Source of the DNA: Actinomycetota bacterium
GTDB lineage: Bacteria; Actinomycetota; Geothermincolia; Fen-727; Anoxymicrobiaceae
NCBI GenBank assembly: GCA_018831265.1
Contig: JAHJCO010000056.1
Location: forward strand, 70,900 to 134,899
Reading direction: 5' to 3'
Length of the DNA stretch: 64,000 nucleotides
Part shown: in pieces, positions 48,749 through 58,548 of the stretch
Layout of the letters: every line of letters begins with the position of its first letter
How positions within the stretch are numbered: the first letter of the stretch is position 1
Notes under the pieces: model-generated
Database searches by the model: none
Seen by the model: the letters and a program-made list of their open reading frames with translations, nothing else
Told to the model about the DNA's origin: nothing
Position numbers and translations under genes: made by a program

Positions 48749-51700
48749 ATGGTGAGCGGTTTGAGCCCCAGCAAACGAAAGAAGCAGGCCGAGCCCGACT
48801 TCGGCACGATGCGGGAGTTCCTGGACTCGGTCGGCGAGGCCGTCATCATAATCGATCGCGACCGGAAGATCCTCTACATGAACGAGGTCGCCCTGCACAC
48901 CTGGGGGCGGCCCAGGGGCAGGCGGTGCCACCGATTCCTCCACTCCAGCAGGGAGCCCTGCGAGGGATGCCCGCTCGAAGAAGTGCTCGCGGGCAAGGAG
49001 CCCGTGAAGCGAGAGTCGCGCATGCCCGCTGCTCCGGGCGGCTGGCGGACCTACGAGACCATATACCTTTTCGCGAGGGGCCCGGACGGCGCCGGGTACG
49101 CGGTCCTGGTCAGCCGTGATATCCAGGAGCAGAAGACCCTCGAGCGCGAGGTCATGCGCGAGAAGGAGCTCTCCAGGGCGCTCCTGGACTCTGTAAACAC
49201 CATCGTCCTGGGCTTCGACGCGGAAGGCAGCTGGGAGTTCATGAACCGGGCGGCGCGGGAGCTCTGCGGGGTGGAAGAAGGGGTGCCCGGGCCTGGCGAG
49301 GCGGTCTCGAGGCTCGTACCCCGGGACGCCGAGGCGCGAGCCCGCGAGTACTTCGAGTCACCCCCGGAACTAAGGCGGGAAGAGCAACCGGTCCTCATAC
49401 CGTTGCAGACCTCCTCCGGCGAGCGCCGCATGGTCTCATGGACCTACACGCCCCTGCTCGTCGGAGCGGGCGAGATCGAGGGGGCGCTGGCACTGGGGCA
49501 GGACGTCACGGAGCGCTACAGCCATCGCAAGTCCGTGGAGAAGTTGGCCGAGGAGCTGACCGTGGTCAACAGGATACTCTCCGTGGCGGGGACGGCGGCC
49601 ACCGTGGAGGAGATGATGGCCGGAGTGCTGGAAGCCCTGCTCGAGGTGCCGGGCTTCAAGCTCGGGGGCGCCTACCTGCTGGAGCGGGGAATGGCCGAGG
49701 CCCGCCTGGTCGCTCAACGTGGCTTCGAGCGGGCCGAGCCCCGGCCGGTAATAACCGGGCACGCGGACAGGTTCCCGGGGACCGCGGTGGTCAACAGGCG
49801 CATCGAGATGGTTGGGGTCGATGATCCCATGCACCCATACGCCCAGGAAGTCCTGCGGGCGGAGGAGCTGAAAGTGGCCGTGGCAGTCCCCATAGCCCCG
49901 GGGGGTCATCCAACGGGCCTGCTGGTCCTGTGCCACGAGGGGGAGCCGCAGCCGCCCTCTGAGAGCATGGACCTGCTCAGGGCCGCCGCCGAAGCGCTGG
50001 AGCTGGGAGGCGAGAACGTCTTCCTGAGGAACCGGGCCGAGAACAGGGCCAGGGAAGCGGCCTCGCTGCTCCACGTGGCCCAGGTGCTGGCAGGCACTCT
50101 CGAGCTGTCCGATGCCCTGGAGCGGGTGGCGGCGGAGGCCGCCGCGCTGATGAAGGCGGACCTGTGCAGCATCTTCCTGCTGAACGAGTCGACCGGCCGC
50201 ATGCGCCGGAGGGCCAGGGTGGGCTGGCGTCAGGAGACCTATGACATCGAGGACTCCTTCCTCCTGTCCTCGAGCCCACTGCTCCAGGAGGTGGCAAGCA
50301 CCCTGAAGCCCCTGGCGCTCGACGGCACCGCCGGCGATCCAAGGCTTCCGGAGCGTGCCTCCTCCGAGCTGGGGATCAAGTCGACCCTGGCGGTCCCTCT
50401 GGTGTCGGAGGGAAGGTTCACCGGTGCCATCATGCTGGATATGACCACCGAGGCACGCGTCTTCACCGGGCGCGAGATCGAGCTGATGGAGAGCTTCGCC
50501 TCCCAGGCCGCCACGGTGATACGCAACGCGACCCTGGTGAGTGAGCTCACGGACTCGGAGGGTCGATACCGTGCCCTCGTGGACGGATCGATGTTCGGTG
50601 TCTTCCTGCACGACGGCAAGGAAATCCTCTACGTGAACGAGCGAGCCCTCCAGATCTCGGGTCGCACCCCCGAGGAGTTCCGGACCATGGAGCAGGTCCT
50701 CGGGGTGGTGGTCGCCGAGGACAGGCCGCGGGTGGTCGATCGCATGAGGCGACGGATCGCCGGCGAGGAGGTTCCCGCCAGGTACGACACACGGATAAGG
50801 CGCCCGGATGGGAGCACCGTGGTGGTGCAGCTCGGCAACACCCTGATGGAACTCGGCGGACGCCAGGTTGTGCTGGTCACGGTGAACGATGTCACTGCCA
50901 GGGTGAGGGCCGAGGAGGCGGTGAAGGCCTCGGAGACCCGCTACCGGACGCTGGTGGAGACCTCGGGGGACGCCATACTCATGGTCAATCCGCGCGGGAC
51001 CGTGCTGTTCGCCAACAGCGCCAGCAGTCGCCTGACCGGGCTGGCCCCCGGCGAGCTCATCGGTCGCAGTGTCTACTCATTCGTGCACCCCGACGAACGC
51101 GACGCCGTGAGCGGCGCGTTCATGACCGCCTGGGAGGCGGGCAAGGGTATCTCCAGGATGCCCATCAGGGTGATGGTCTCCGACAGGGAGAGGCTCTTCG
51201 AGGTGACGACGGCCATAATGGGGGAGCCGGGCCCGGCCTCGAACGTCATGCTGATCGCCAGGGACGTGACAGAGGTGGAGCACGCTCGCGCCAGGCTTGC
51301 CGAGTCCGAGGAGCGTTACCGGACCATAGTCGAGAAGAACCGGGACGCGATCATAGTGACCAACCGCGCCGGCGAGGTGCTCTATGCCAACCCCCAGGTG
51401 GAAGCCCTGATCGGGGTCCCGCCCGGCGAGGCCGTCGGCCAGCACATCTTCCGCTACGTCCACCCCGAAGACCGAGAGAGGGCCGCCGCCGACTTCGTGA
51501 ACGACTGGAAGACCGGTCAGACCGTACCGAACTACCCCTTGAGGTGCGTGCGTCCCGACGGCACGGTTGTGGACGTGGAGGCGACCAGCGGGATCGTCGG
51601 GTGGCCGGCGGAGGACGCGCAGCAGATCTTCGTCCTGAGGGATGTGACCGAGCGCCAGGCCCGTGAAGCCGAACGGGAGACCCAGCTCAAGGTCGAGGAG

Positions 51701-54700
51701 TCGCTTGCGGCGCTCGCGGTGCGCTTCGTCGATCCCGGGGATATCGGCGAGGCGGTCCAGGAGACCCTCGAGGGGGTCGGACAGACCCTCGGAGCCGCCC
51801 GCTGCTTCTTCACCGACGTCGAGGACCAGACCAGGCTGGGGCGCACCCGGGAATGGGTCGGCCCCTCGACCATACCGCTATCCGACCGACTCCTGGGTAC
51901 GGACCTCAAGGATTTCGACTGGTTGCTGGGAAGCGTCCTCTCCCGGCAGGAGGTAGTGGTCGAGGACCTGGGCGTCGTGCCCGAGGGTCCGGAGGCCAGG
52001 GAGCTGGACCGGTCCGGGATCACGGCGTTCGCGGTCATGCCCGTCTTTGTCAGGGACACGCTCCGGGGTCTGCTGGGCTGCACCTCGACCGACCCCGGAA
52101 GGGCATGGTCGGTGCTCGAGCTCAACCTCCTCAGGGAGATCGCCGGGACCTTCTCCCGGGCTCTGGAGACAAGGGAGTTCGTCGATGAACTGGAGCGCTC
52201 CGAGAGATTCAGGACACGCATTACCGAGAGCATGGACGAGGGGTTGTTCGTGCTCACCAACGGGGTGATCACCTGGGCCAACAGCCGGGCCGGAACGATG
52301 TACGGTTACACGCCGGACGAGATGTACGGCCAGAACACGCAGTTCCTGATGCCGGAGCCCGCCAGGTACAAGGACGTCACCTCGGAGATGCTCCAGGCGC
52401 TGTCCGAGAGCGAGGCGTTCGTCCTGGAAGACAAGGTGAGGCGCAAGGACGGTTCCATGTTCGATGTGACCATAGCGGTGACCGAGTTGGGCGTGGAGGA
52501 GGGAAAGGGACAGCTCCTGGTGGCTGTGACGGACATCACGCAGGAGAAGAGGATGCGCGAGGAGGTGGCGGCCGCGGCCAGCGCGTACTCGACGCTCTTC
52601 TCCAAGGCGGGTGACGCCCTGCTGGTGCACAACGTGAACGGCCGCGTAAGGGACGCCAACGAGCGCGCATCACTGTACACGGGGTACGACCGCGAGGAGC
52701 TGCTGGAGATGTCGGTCACCGACCTGGTCGCGCCCAGGGTGCGCCACCTGTACGCCGAGCGAAAGGCGGAGCTCGAGGAGGACGGTTCGACCACCTTCGA
52801 GACCGACCTGGTGCGCAAGGACGGTGGCAGCATGCCGGTGGAGGTCACCGCGCACCCCACCAGGATATGGGGGGACGAGGTCGTCCTCTCCTCGATGAGG
52901 GACATCAGTGAGCGCAGGAAGGCCGAGGAGGAGACACAGCGCAGGGCAAGCCAGCTCCTCGCCCTGAACGAGATAGTGAAGGCGGCGGCCAGCTCCCTGG
53001 ACGTGGAGACCGCGGCGGAGGCGATCCTGGGCGTAGCCATGGAGGTTCTCGGGGCCGATGCCGGGATGATGATGCTGGAGAGGTCGCCCGGCAAGGGGGA
53101 CCTGGGGCTCGCCGCCTCGCGCGGGCGAGGGCACGGATTCGCCGGGGCGAAAGGCGCCGCCCCCTTGAAGGAGATGGCCACCTGGATCGCCTCGCCCTCC
53201 CCGGTCTCGATGATCATCGACACGGAGGCCGAGGGCCGGACCGGCTGGATGGTCACCAGCGCGTCGGCCCTCCGCGAAGCGGGCCTGATGCGCTCGCTGC
53301 TCATCCCCCTGAAGAGCGGCGGCAAGCTGATGGGAGTGATCGCGCTGGGCTCGCAGTCGGAGTCGGCCTTCGGGGAGAGGGACCTCGAGTTCTACAACGC
53401 GGTGGGGGCCGAGATAGGAGTGTCGCTGGAGAACGCGGTGATCTACCGCGAGCTGGCCCTGGAGCACGAACGCCTGTCGCTGCTCTACAGGAGCGCACAG
53501 AGCATATCAGGGGAGCTGGATCTGGAGACCATGCTGAACGCGACAGCCGCGGAGGCGGCGCGGGCCGTGGGAGCGGCGGCGGTGCTCCTCGCCCTCATCG
53601 AACCGGACAGCGACGAGTTCCACTGGGCAGCCTCCTACAACCTCGATCTGATGAGGCTGCAGGGTGTCGTGCTCCCGGTGGACAAGGGGTTCGGAGGAGC
53701 AGTTGTCGCGGCCAAGAGGGCGGTGCTGGTCCCTGCCGGTGACGAGGTCCCTGCCGAGCTACGGGTGATCATCGAGCGCGACCCCGTTCCTGGGATAGTG
53801 GGCGGACGCCTGGCTGCGGGCGTACCTCTCATCTCGGGCGACAAGGTGGTAGGCGTGATGGGCCTGCATGTGCCGGAGGACCGGCCGGACCTCACCGGGG
53901 AGGACGCGCTACTCCTGGAGGCGATCGGGAGACAGGCCGGGGTGGCCCTCGAGAACGCCAGGCTCTACGTGGAGACCAGGCGGCACCTGGAGGCGCTGGA
54001 GAAGGCACACCAGGAGCTCATGGTGCTGGACCGGATGAAGAGCGACTTCGTGTCCACCGTCTCGCACGAGCTGCGCTCTCCGCTGGCGGTGATAGAGGGC
54101 TTCGCCAAGACCATGGTGGAGCACTTCGACAGGATCGACCGCGAGACCGAGAGGGAATCGCTGGAGATAATCCTCAAGAAGTCCATAGCGCTCGAGGGGC
54201 TCATCGAGAACATCCTGGACATGTCGAGGATCGAGGAGGGCCGGCTGGAGGTCTCCGCCGAGGAGTTCGATCTGGTAGCCGCGTGCGCCCGGGTGAGCGC
54301 CGACCAGGAGAGGGTGGCGGAGGTACACAGGGTCGTCCTCGATACGCCGGAAAACGGCATGTTCGTGGTCGCCGACCGGGAGAAGCTGGAGGTCGCCATC
54401 GGTAACCTGGTGCGAAACGCGGTGAAGTTCTCGCCGGAAGGCGGGCAGGTGACGGTGCGGGCGTGTGAGGACTCCGGCGTGGCTGTCATCAGCGTCATCG
54501 ACCAGGGCATCGGCATACCGGAAGAAGAGCTGGAGCGGGTCTTCGACCGGTTCTACCAGGTCGACAGCTCCGAGACCCGCTCGTTCCCGGGTACGGGCCT
54601 GGGGCTGTACATCACCCGCGAGCTGGTCGAGGCGATGGGTGGCGACATTACGGTACAGAGCGAGACGGGCCGGGGCTCCACCTTCACCATAACCGTGCCG

Positions 54701-54712
54701 CTTGCGAGGTAG
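48749..54712 (+). CDS. Giant cytoplasmic sensor histidine kinase (about 7 PAS and 5 GAF domains, HisKA, HATPase)
   Basis: Repeated RYR(T/A)LV-type PAS starts and DVTE/DITQ/DISE ends; GAF segments; KSDFVSTVSHELRSPL, NLVRNAVKF, DQGIGI, GTGLGL; no TM helix or receiver domain seen. Confidence 0.9.
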   Translation: MVSGLSPSKRKKQAEPDFGTMREFLDSVGEAVIIIDRDRKILYMNEVALHTWGRPRGRRCHRFLHSSREPCEGCPLEEVLAGKEPVKRESRMPAAPGGWRTYETIYLFARGPDGAGYAVLVSRDIQEQKTLEREVMREKELSRALLDSVNTIVLGFDAEGSWEFMNRAARELCGVEEGVPGPGEAVSRLVPRDAEARAREYFESPPELRREEQPVLIPLQTSSGERRMVSWTYTPLLVGAGEIEGALALGQDVTERYSHRKSVEKLAEELTVVNRILSVAGTAATVEEMMAGVLEALLEVPGFKLGGAYLLERGMAEARLVAQRGFERAEPRPVITGHADRFPGTAVVNRRIEMVGVDDPMHPYAQEVLRAEELKVAVAVPIAPGGHPTGLLVLCHEGEPQPPSESMDLLRAAAEALELGGENVFLRNRAENRAREAASLLHVAQVLAGTLELSDALERVAAEAAALMKADLCSIFLLNESTGRMRRRARVGWRQETYDIEDSFLLSSSPLLQEVASTLKPLALDGTAGDPRLPERASSELGIKSTLAVPLVSEGRFTGAIMLDMTTEARVFTGREIELMESFASQAATVIRNATLVSELTDSEGRYRALVDGSMFGVFLHDGKEILYVNERALQISGRTPEEFRTMEQVLGVVVAEDRPRVVDRMRRRIAGEEVPARYDTRIRRPDGSTVVVQLGNTLMELGGRQVVLVTVNDVTARVRAEEAVKASETRYRTLVETSGDAILMVNPRGTVLFANSASSRLTGLAPGELIGRSVYSFVHPDERDAVSGAFMTAWEAGKGISRMPIRVMVSDRERLFEVTTAIMGEPGPASNVMLIARDVTEVEHARARLAESEERYRTIVEKNRDAIIVTNRAGEVLYANPQVEALIGVPPGEAVGQHIFRYVHPEDRERAAADFVNDWKTGQTVPNYPLRCVRPDGTVVDVEATSGIVGWPAEDAQQIFVLRDVTERQAREAERETQLKVEESLAALAVRFVDPGDIGEAVQETLEGVGQTLGAARCFFTDVEDQTRLGRTREWVGPSTIPLSDRLLGTDLKDFDWLLGSVLSRQEVVVEDLGVVPEGPEARELDRSGITAFAVMPVFVRDTLRGLLGCTSTDPGRAWSVLELNLLREIAGTFSRALETREFVDELERSERFRTRITESMDEGLFVLTNGVITWANSRAGTMYGYTPDEMYGQNTQFLMPEPARYKDVTSEMLQALSESEAFVLEDKVRRKDGSMFDVTIAVTELGVEEGKGQLLVAVTDITQEKRMREEVAAAASAYSTLFSKAGDALLVHNVNGRVRDANERASLYTGYDREELLEMSVTDLVAPRVRHLYAERKAELEEDGSTTFETDLVRKDGGSMPVEVTAHPTRIWGDEVVLSSMRDISERRKAEEETQRRASQLLALNEIVKAAASSLDVETAAEAILGVAMEVLGADAGMMMLERSPGKGDLGLAASRGRGHGFAGAKGAAPLKEMATWIASPSPVSMIIDTEAEGRTGWMVTSASALREAGLMRSLLIPLKSGGKLMGVIALGSQSESAFGERDLEFYNAVGAEIGVSLENAVIYRELALEHERLSLLYRSAQSISGELDLETMLNATAAEAARAVGAAAVLLALIEPDSDEFHWAASYNLDLMRLQGVVLPVDKGFGGAVVAAKRAVLVPAGDEVPAELRVIIERDPVPGIVGGRLAAGVPLISGDKVVGVMGLHVPEDRPDLTGEDALLLEAIGRQAGVALENARLYVETRRHLEALEKAHQELMVLDRMKSDFVSTVSHELRSPLAVIEGFAKTMVEHFDRIDRETERESLEIILKKSIALEGLIENILDMSRIEEGRLEVSAEEFDLVAACARVSADQERVAEVHRVVLDTPENGMFVVADREKLEVAIGNLVRNAVKFSPEGGQVTVRACEDSGVAVISVIDQGIGIPEEELERVFDRFYQVDSSETRSFPGTGLGLYITRELVEAMGGDITVQSETGRGSTFTITVPLAR

Positions 54713-54718
54713 CGGGCC

Positions 54719-55132
54719 ATGGAATGCCGAATCGTCGAGCACACGGCCGACATAGGCATCCACGTCGAGGCCGACGGCGCGGATGAGCTCTTCGAGGGGG
54801 CGGCCGCGGGGATGTTCTCCATCATCACGGACACCTCAGCCGTGGCGGACCGCGAAGCCACCGAGGTCTCCCTCGAGGCCGGCGACACGGAAGGCCTGAT
54901 GTTCAAGTGGCTCAACGAGCTGCTCTACCTCGCGGACTCGCGGAACGTGCTGTTCTCGCGGTTCGAGGTGAGCGGTGTCGAGGCCGGCCGGCTTCATGCC
55001 ACCGCCTACGGGGAGGGTTTTGACCCGGCGCGGCATACCATGAACAGTGAGGTCAAGGCGGCCACATACCACGACCTGGCGGTCGGTCGCGAGGGCGGCG
55101 TCTGGACCGCCACAGTCATATTCGACGTGTAA
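54719..55132 (+). CDS. Archease
   Basis: EHTADIG N-terminal motif, EVKAATYH, C-terminal IFDV. Confidence 0.92.
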   Translation: MECRIVEHTADIGIHVEADGADELFEGAAAGMFSIITDTSAVADREATEVSLEAGDTEGLMFKWLNELLYLADSRNVLFSRFEVSGVEAGRLHATAYGEGFDPARHTMNSEVKAATYHDLAVGREGGVWTATVIFDV

Positions 55133-55133
55133 G

Positions 55134-56573
55134 ATGGACGAGATAAAGAAGATCTCGGAGTTCAAGTGGGAGATCCCCACCGGCTTCAAGGACGGCATGA
55201 GGGTGCCGGGGACTGTGTTCGCCGACGACGAGCTGATGCGCCTGGCACGCCGGGACCGCGCGCTGGAGCAGGTGGCCAACGTCGCGTTCCTGCCCGGGAT
55301 CGTCTACAGGTCCCTCGCCATGCCGGACATACACTGGGGGTACGGTTTCCCCATCGGCGGGGTGGCTGCGTTCGGGCCTGACGGGATCGTCTCACCGGGA
55401 GGGGTCGGTTTCGACATCTCCTGCGGCGTGAGGCTGGTAAAGACCTCGCTCACCGAGGGCGAGGTCCGCAAGGACCTGGACGGGTTGCTCACAGCGATGG
55501 CCGCGACGATACCGCGGGGCCTGGGGACCAGGGGCAGGATCCAGACCCCCGAGAAGCTCCTGAGGAAGGTGTTCAGCGGGGGTGCGCGCGCCGTGCTGGC
55601 CATGGGGTACGGGCGCCAGGACGACCTGGAGCACACGGAGGGCGGCGGCACCTGGGGAGGCGCGGATCCCGACAGGGTGAGCTCTCGCGCCTACGAGAGG
55701 GGGAAGGACCAGCTGGGCACCCTGGGCTCGGGGAACCACTTCGTGGAGGTCCAGGTGGTCGAAAAGGTGCTCGACGAGGGGGTCGCCCGCGTCTTCGGCC
55801 TGGAGGAAGGCCAGGTCACCGTGATGATCCACTCGGGCTCCCGAGGTGTTGGCCACCAGATCGCCACCGATTACCTCCAGGTGATGGACCGGGTCACACA
55901 GCGGCTGGGCCAGCAGCTTCCCGACCGCCAGCTGTCCTGTGCCCCGCTCGAGTCGAGCGAGGCGTCGGACTACATGGCGGCAATGGCATGCGCGTGTAAC
56001 TACGCGGTGGGCAACCGCCAGGCGCTCATGCACTGGGTCCGCCACTCCTTCGAGAGGCACTTCGGCTCCCCGGAGGGGACCCTGGGCATGGACCTCCTCT
56101 TCGACGTGAGCCACAACGTGGCCAGGATGGAGACCCACCGGGTCGAGGGCCGTACGATGGAGCTGTGCGTGCACCGCAAGGGCGCGACCTCGGCCTTCCC
56201 GGCGGGACACCCGCTGGCCCCGGCCGCCTTCCGGGACGTCGGGCAACCGGTGATAATCCCCGGCGACATGGGTACCCACTCCTACGTGCTGGTGGGAGGG
56301 GAGCGCTCCCTCGAGGAGAGCTTCGCCTCCACCTGCCACGGCGCCGGCCGCACCATGAGCCGCTCGAAGGCCAGGAAGATGGTGAGGGGCAGCGAGCTAC
56401 GCTCCAGGCTCGCCTCGCAGGGGATACTGGTCCGGGCGGGGAAGGACTCCCTGCTCGCCGAGGAGGCTCCCGAGGCGTACAAGGACGTATCCCGCGTGGT
56501 CGACGTCTGCGAGGGCGCGGGGCTTTCACGCAAGGTGGCGATGCTGTCCCCCATGGCCGTGCTGAAAGGATAA
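55134..56573 (+). CDS. rtcB: RNA ligase RtcB (archaeal-like clade)
   Basis: MPDIHWGYGFPIGGV, GFDISCG, LGTLGSGNHF, HSGSRG, HRKGAT, HGAGR, EEAPEAYKD; ATG 55134 one base after the archease stop. Confidence 0.96.
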   Translation: MDEIKKISEFKWEIPTGFKDGMRVPGTVFADDELMRLARRDRALEQVANVAFLPGIVYRSLAMPDIHWGYGFPIGGVAAFGPDGIVSPGGVGFDISCGVRLVKTSLTEGEVRKDLDGLLTAMAATIPRGLGTRGRIQTPEKLLRKVFSGGARAVLAMGYGRQDDLEHTEGGGTWGGADPDRVSSRAYERGKDQLGTLGSGNHFVEVQVVEKVLDEGVARVFGLEEGQVTVMIHSGSRGVGHQIATDYLQVMDRVTQRLGQQLPDRQLSCAPLESSEASDYMAAMACACNYAVGNRQALMHWVRHSFERHFGSPEGTLGMDLLFDVSHNVARMETHRVEGRTMELCVHRKGATSAFPAGHPLAPAAFRDVGQPVIIPGDMGTHSYVLVGGERSLEESFASTCHGAGRTMSRSKARKMVRGSELRSRLASQGILVRAGKDSLLAEEAPEAYKDVSRVVDVCEGAGLSRKVAMLSPMAVLKG

Positions 56574-56621
56574 CCTCGCCTTGCCCCACCCGATGGTTAA
56601 TGGTACCTTACTATCCCGCAC

Positions 56622-56698
56622 GGGCCTGTAGCTCAGCTGGTTAGAGCGCGCCCCTGATAAGGGCGAGGTCGGTGGTTCGAATCCACTCAGGCCCACCA
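56622..56698 (+). tRNA. ileT: tRNA-Ile (GAT), CCA encoded
   Basis: GGGCCTG..TAGCTCAGCTGGTTAGAGC D-arm, CGCCC-CTGATAA-GGGCG anticodon arm, GGTTCGAATCC T-loop, CAGGCCCACCA. Confidence 0.97.
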
Positions 56699-56991
56699 GC
56701 CAAGTCGCTGTGGCGTTCAAATCGGGTCGCGTTACGTACGCACAAGTCCTTCGACCTACATGCACGTCAAATGAACCATGGCGTCGCTGATAGGCTGGGG
56801 ATCAAAGACGATTCGAACCACCGACAGGGGTCACCGCGCGCCGTAGCCCGCAGATTTGAATCACTATAGTTATCAATAAGTAACAATATTATATATTGAC
56901 CCCAACAATTACACGGTCTGGCCCTGTATTCGTTCAGGAGCTGTGGTTGGTGATTAAAAATAATAGTACTGAAAAACAGTGCTAATTAGCG

Positions 56992-57174
56992 TTATTCAAA
57001 CCTGCGGTGCTTCTTAGCTATCTTGCACACCGTCGAGACATGCAAACCCATGTACCTACCTATCTCGTCCAGCGTGTAGCCGAAGCGGTTGTACGCCTGC
57101 CCGATAGCATGGTCCCTCGACTCCCGCGAGTCGCAGCCCTCGAAAATCTCGCAGAGCAGCCCCGATTCGCGCAT
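56992..57174 (-). pseudogene. Remnant of a Y1/RAYT-like transposase (C-terminal HTH only)
   Basis: HAIGQAYNRFGYTLDEIGRYMGLHVSTVCKI parallels AVLSAYHDHGYKQSEIADFLGTNQTKISR in the intact copy at 4415-5257; nearby CCGGGTCAGG (minus strand, about 57264-57273) resembles the 34-bp element core. Confidence 0.55.
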
Positions 57175-57302
57175 ACTGCCGATTCCAGGGTTTCAGGATA
57201 CCCTACGGGCGGGTGGTTAATCATGGCTGGCGGGGAACACCCTTGAGCCAGGTCACAGCTTGGGACCTGACCCGGGCCTTGACATTCAGGCATTGCATTT
57301 AA

Positions 57303-57319
57303 TTACTAACCGTTATTAA
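57303..57319. promoter_or_regulatory. Putative TetR operator, copy upstream of tetR (TTGACA at 57279)
   Basis: TTACTAA-CCG-TTATTAA palindrome. Confidence 0.6.
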
Positions 57320-57379
57320 CTTAGTGCTGCCCTTCGACAGAAGGCACGCCGGCAGGGATGGGTTCGCGAAAGGACATAC

Positions 57380-57988
57380 ATGGCTGCAAGCGACAAGAGG
57401 GAAGAGATCCTCAGGGTGGCCGAGAGGGTCTTCGCCACAAAGGGCTACAAGGGCGCCGCGCTCAAGGACATCGCCGACGAGGTGGGCATAAAGACGCCGG
57501 GCCTGTACAACTACTTCAGGAGCAAGGAGGACATCTACAGGACGCTCCTGTCCAGCAGGTACGTGGCGCTCCGCGAGGCGATACTGCCTAGGATGGCGGC
57601 TACGCCCGACCCCAAGGAGAGGGTCGAGCTGTTCGTATCCCTGCTCATTGACTTCCTCGCCGAGCATCCCGGTTTCCCGATGGTGCTGGCCCAGGAGGTC
57701 ATCTGGAGCAATGACTTCGCGCTCAAAGAGCTGGCCCCCGACTTCCTGGTGCCGTTCTTCAACGAGATGATCGACTCCCTTGAGGAGAGTGGCATCGCGG
57801 AGCAGGGATACAGCAGGCTGGACACCGAGATGCTGGTCTTCAACATGTTCGGCCTGTCGACCTTCTACTTCTTCGCGGCCACCTACTTCACCGTGGTGAC
57901 CGGCGAGGACAGCATGTCTCCCGCCAGCATAGCAAGGCTGAAGGAGAACATCCTGGAGATGCTCTTCAACGGCATAGGTATCTCGTAG
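57380..57988 (+). CDS. TetR/AcrR family transcriptional regulator
   Basis: EEILRVAERVFATKGYKG..DIADEVGIKTPGLYNYFRSKEDI HTH. Confidence 0.93.
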   Translation: MAASDKREEILRVAERVFATKGYKGAALKDIADEVGIKTPGLYNYFRSKEDIYRTLLSSRYVALREAILPRMAATPDPKERVELFVSLLIDFLAEHPGFPMVLAQEVIWSNDFALKELAPDFLVPFFNEMIDSLEESGIAEQGYSRLDTEMLVFNMFGLSTFYFFAATYFTVVTGEDSMSPASIARLKENILEMLFNGIGIS

Positions 57989-58054
57989 ACAGGACCCACC
58001 GCCAGGTTTTCACGGTCGCGAAAATATTTCCTCTTGACTGTGCGGCAACATTTG

Positions 58055-58096
58055 TTAATAATCATTAATAACAGAAATCCTATTAATCATTATTAA
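58055..58096. promoter_or_regulatory. Two putative TetR operators upstream of the SCP2 operon
   Basis: TTAATAA-TCA-TTAATAA (58055-58071) and CTATTAA-TCA-TTATTAA (58080-58096), just downstream of TTGACT at 58034. Confidence 0.7.
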
Positions 58097-58102
58097 CAAA
58101 AC

Positions 58103-58519
58103 TTGGAGGTGGTCTGGATGTCCGTGTACGGGGACTCCGAGGCGGCGGGGAAGTTCTTCGAGGAGTTCTGGAACGAGCTGCTCGAGAACCCCGAGGTGAG
58201 GTCTACCCTCGAGGGGAAGGGTCTGTCGGTGAGGTTCAAGATCAACGACCCGGACCTCGACATGTACATCGACGAGCAGGGCATAAGGAGCGGTGCGGAG
58301 GCCGGGACCATGAGCCCCGTGCTCACCCTTGCGATGTCCGGTGACGTCATACACCTCTTCTGGTTGAGGAAGCTGAACGTGGCCAAGGCGCTTGCCACCC
58401 GGCAGGTCAGGACGAGGGGACCGGTGCCGAAGTTCATGAAGCTGCTGCCGGCCGTGGAGCCAGGCTACGTCCTGTACCGCGATTACTGCGAACGCTACGG
58501 GCTGCCCACGGAGGTTTAG
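58103..58519 (+). CDS. SCP2 sterol/lipid-binding domain protein
   Basis: LTLAMSGDVIHLFWLRKLNVAKALATRQVRTRGPVPKFMKL pattern; start TTG 58103 or ATG 58118. Confidence 0.65.
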   Translation: MEVVWMSVYGDSEAAGKFFEEFWNELLENPEVRSTLEGKGLSVRFKINDPDLDMYIDEQGIRSGAEAGTMSPVLTLAMSGDVIHLFWLRKLNVAKALATRQVRTRGPVPKFMKLLPAVEPGYVLYRDYCERYGLPTEV

Positions 58520-58548
58520 ACAACGGGGCGCGAGAAAAGGAGGCGGCA

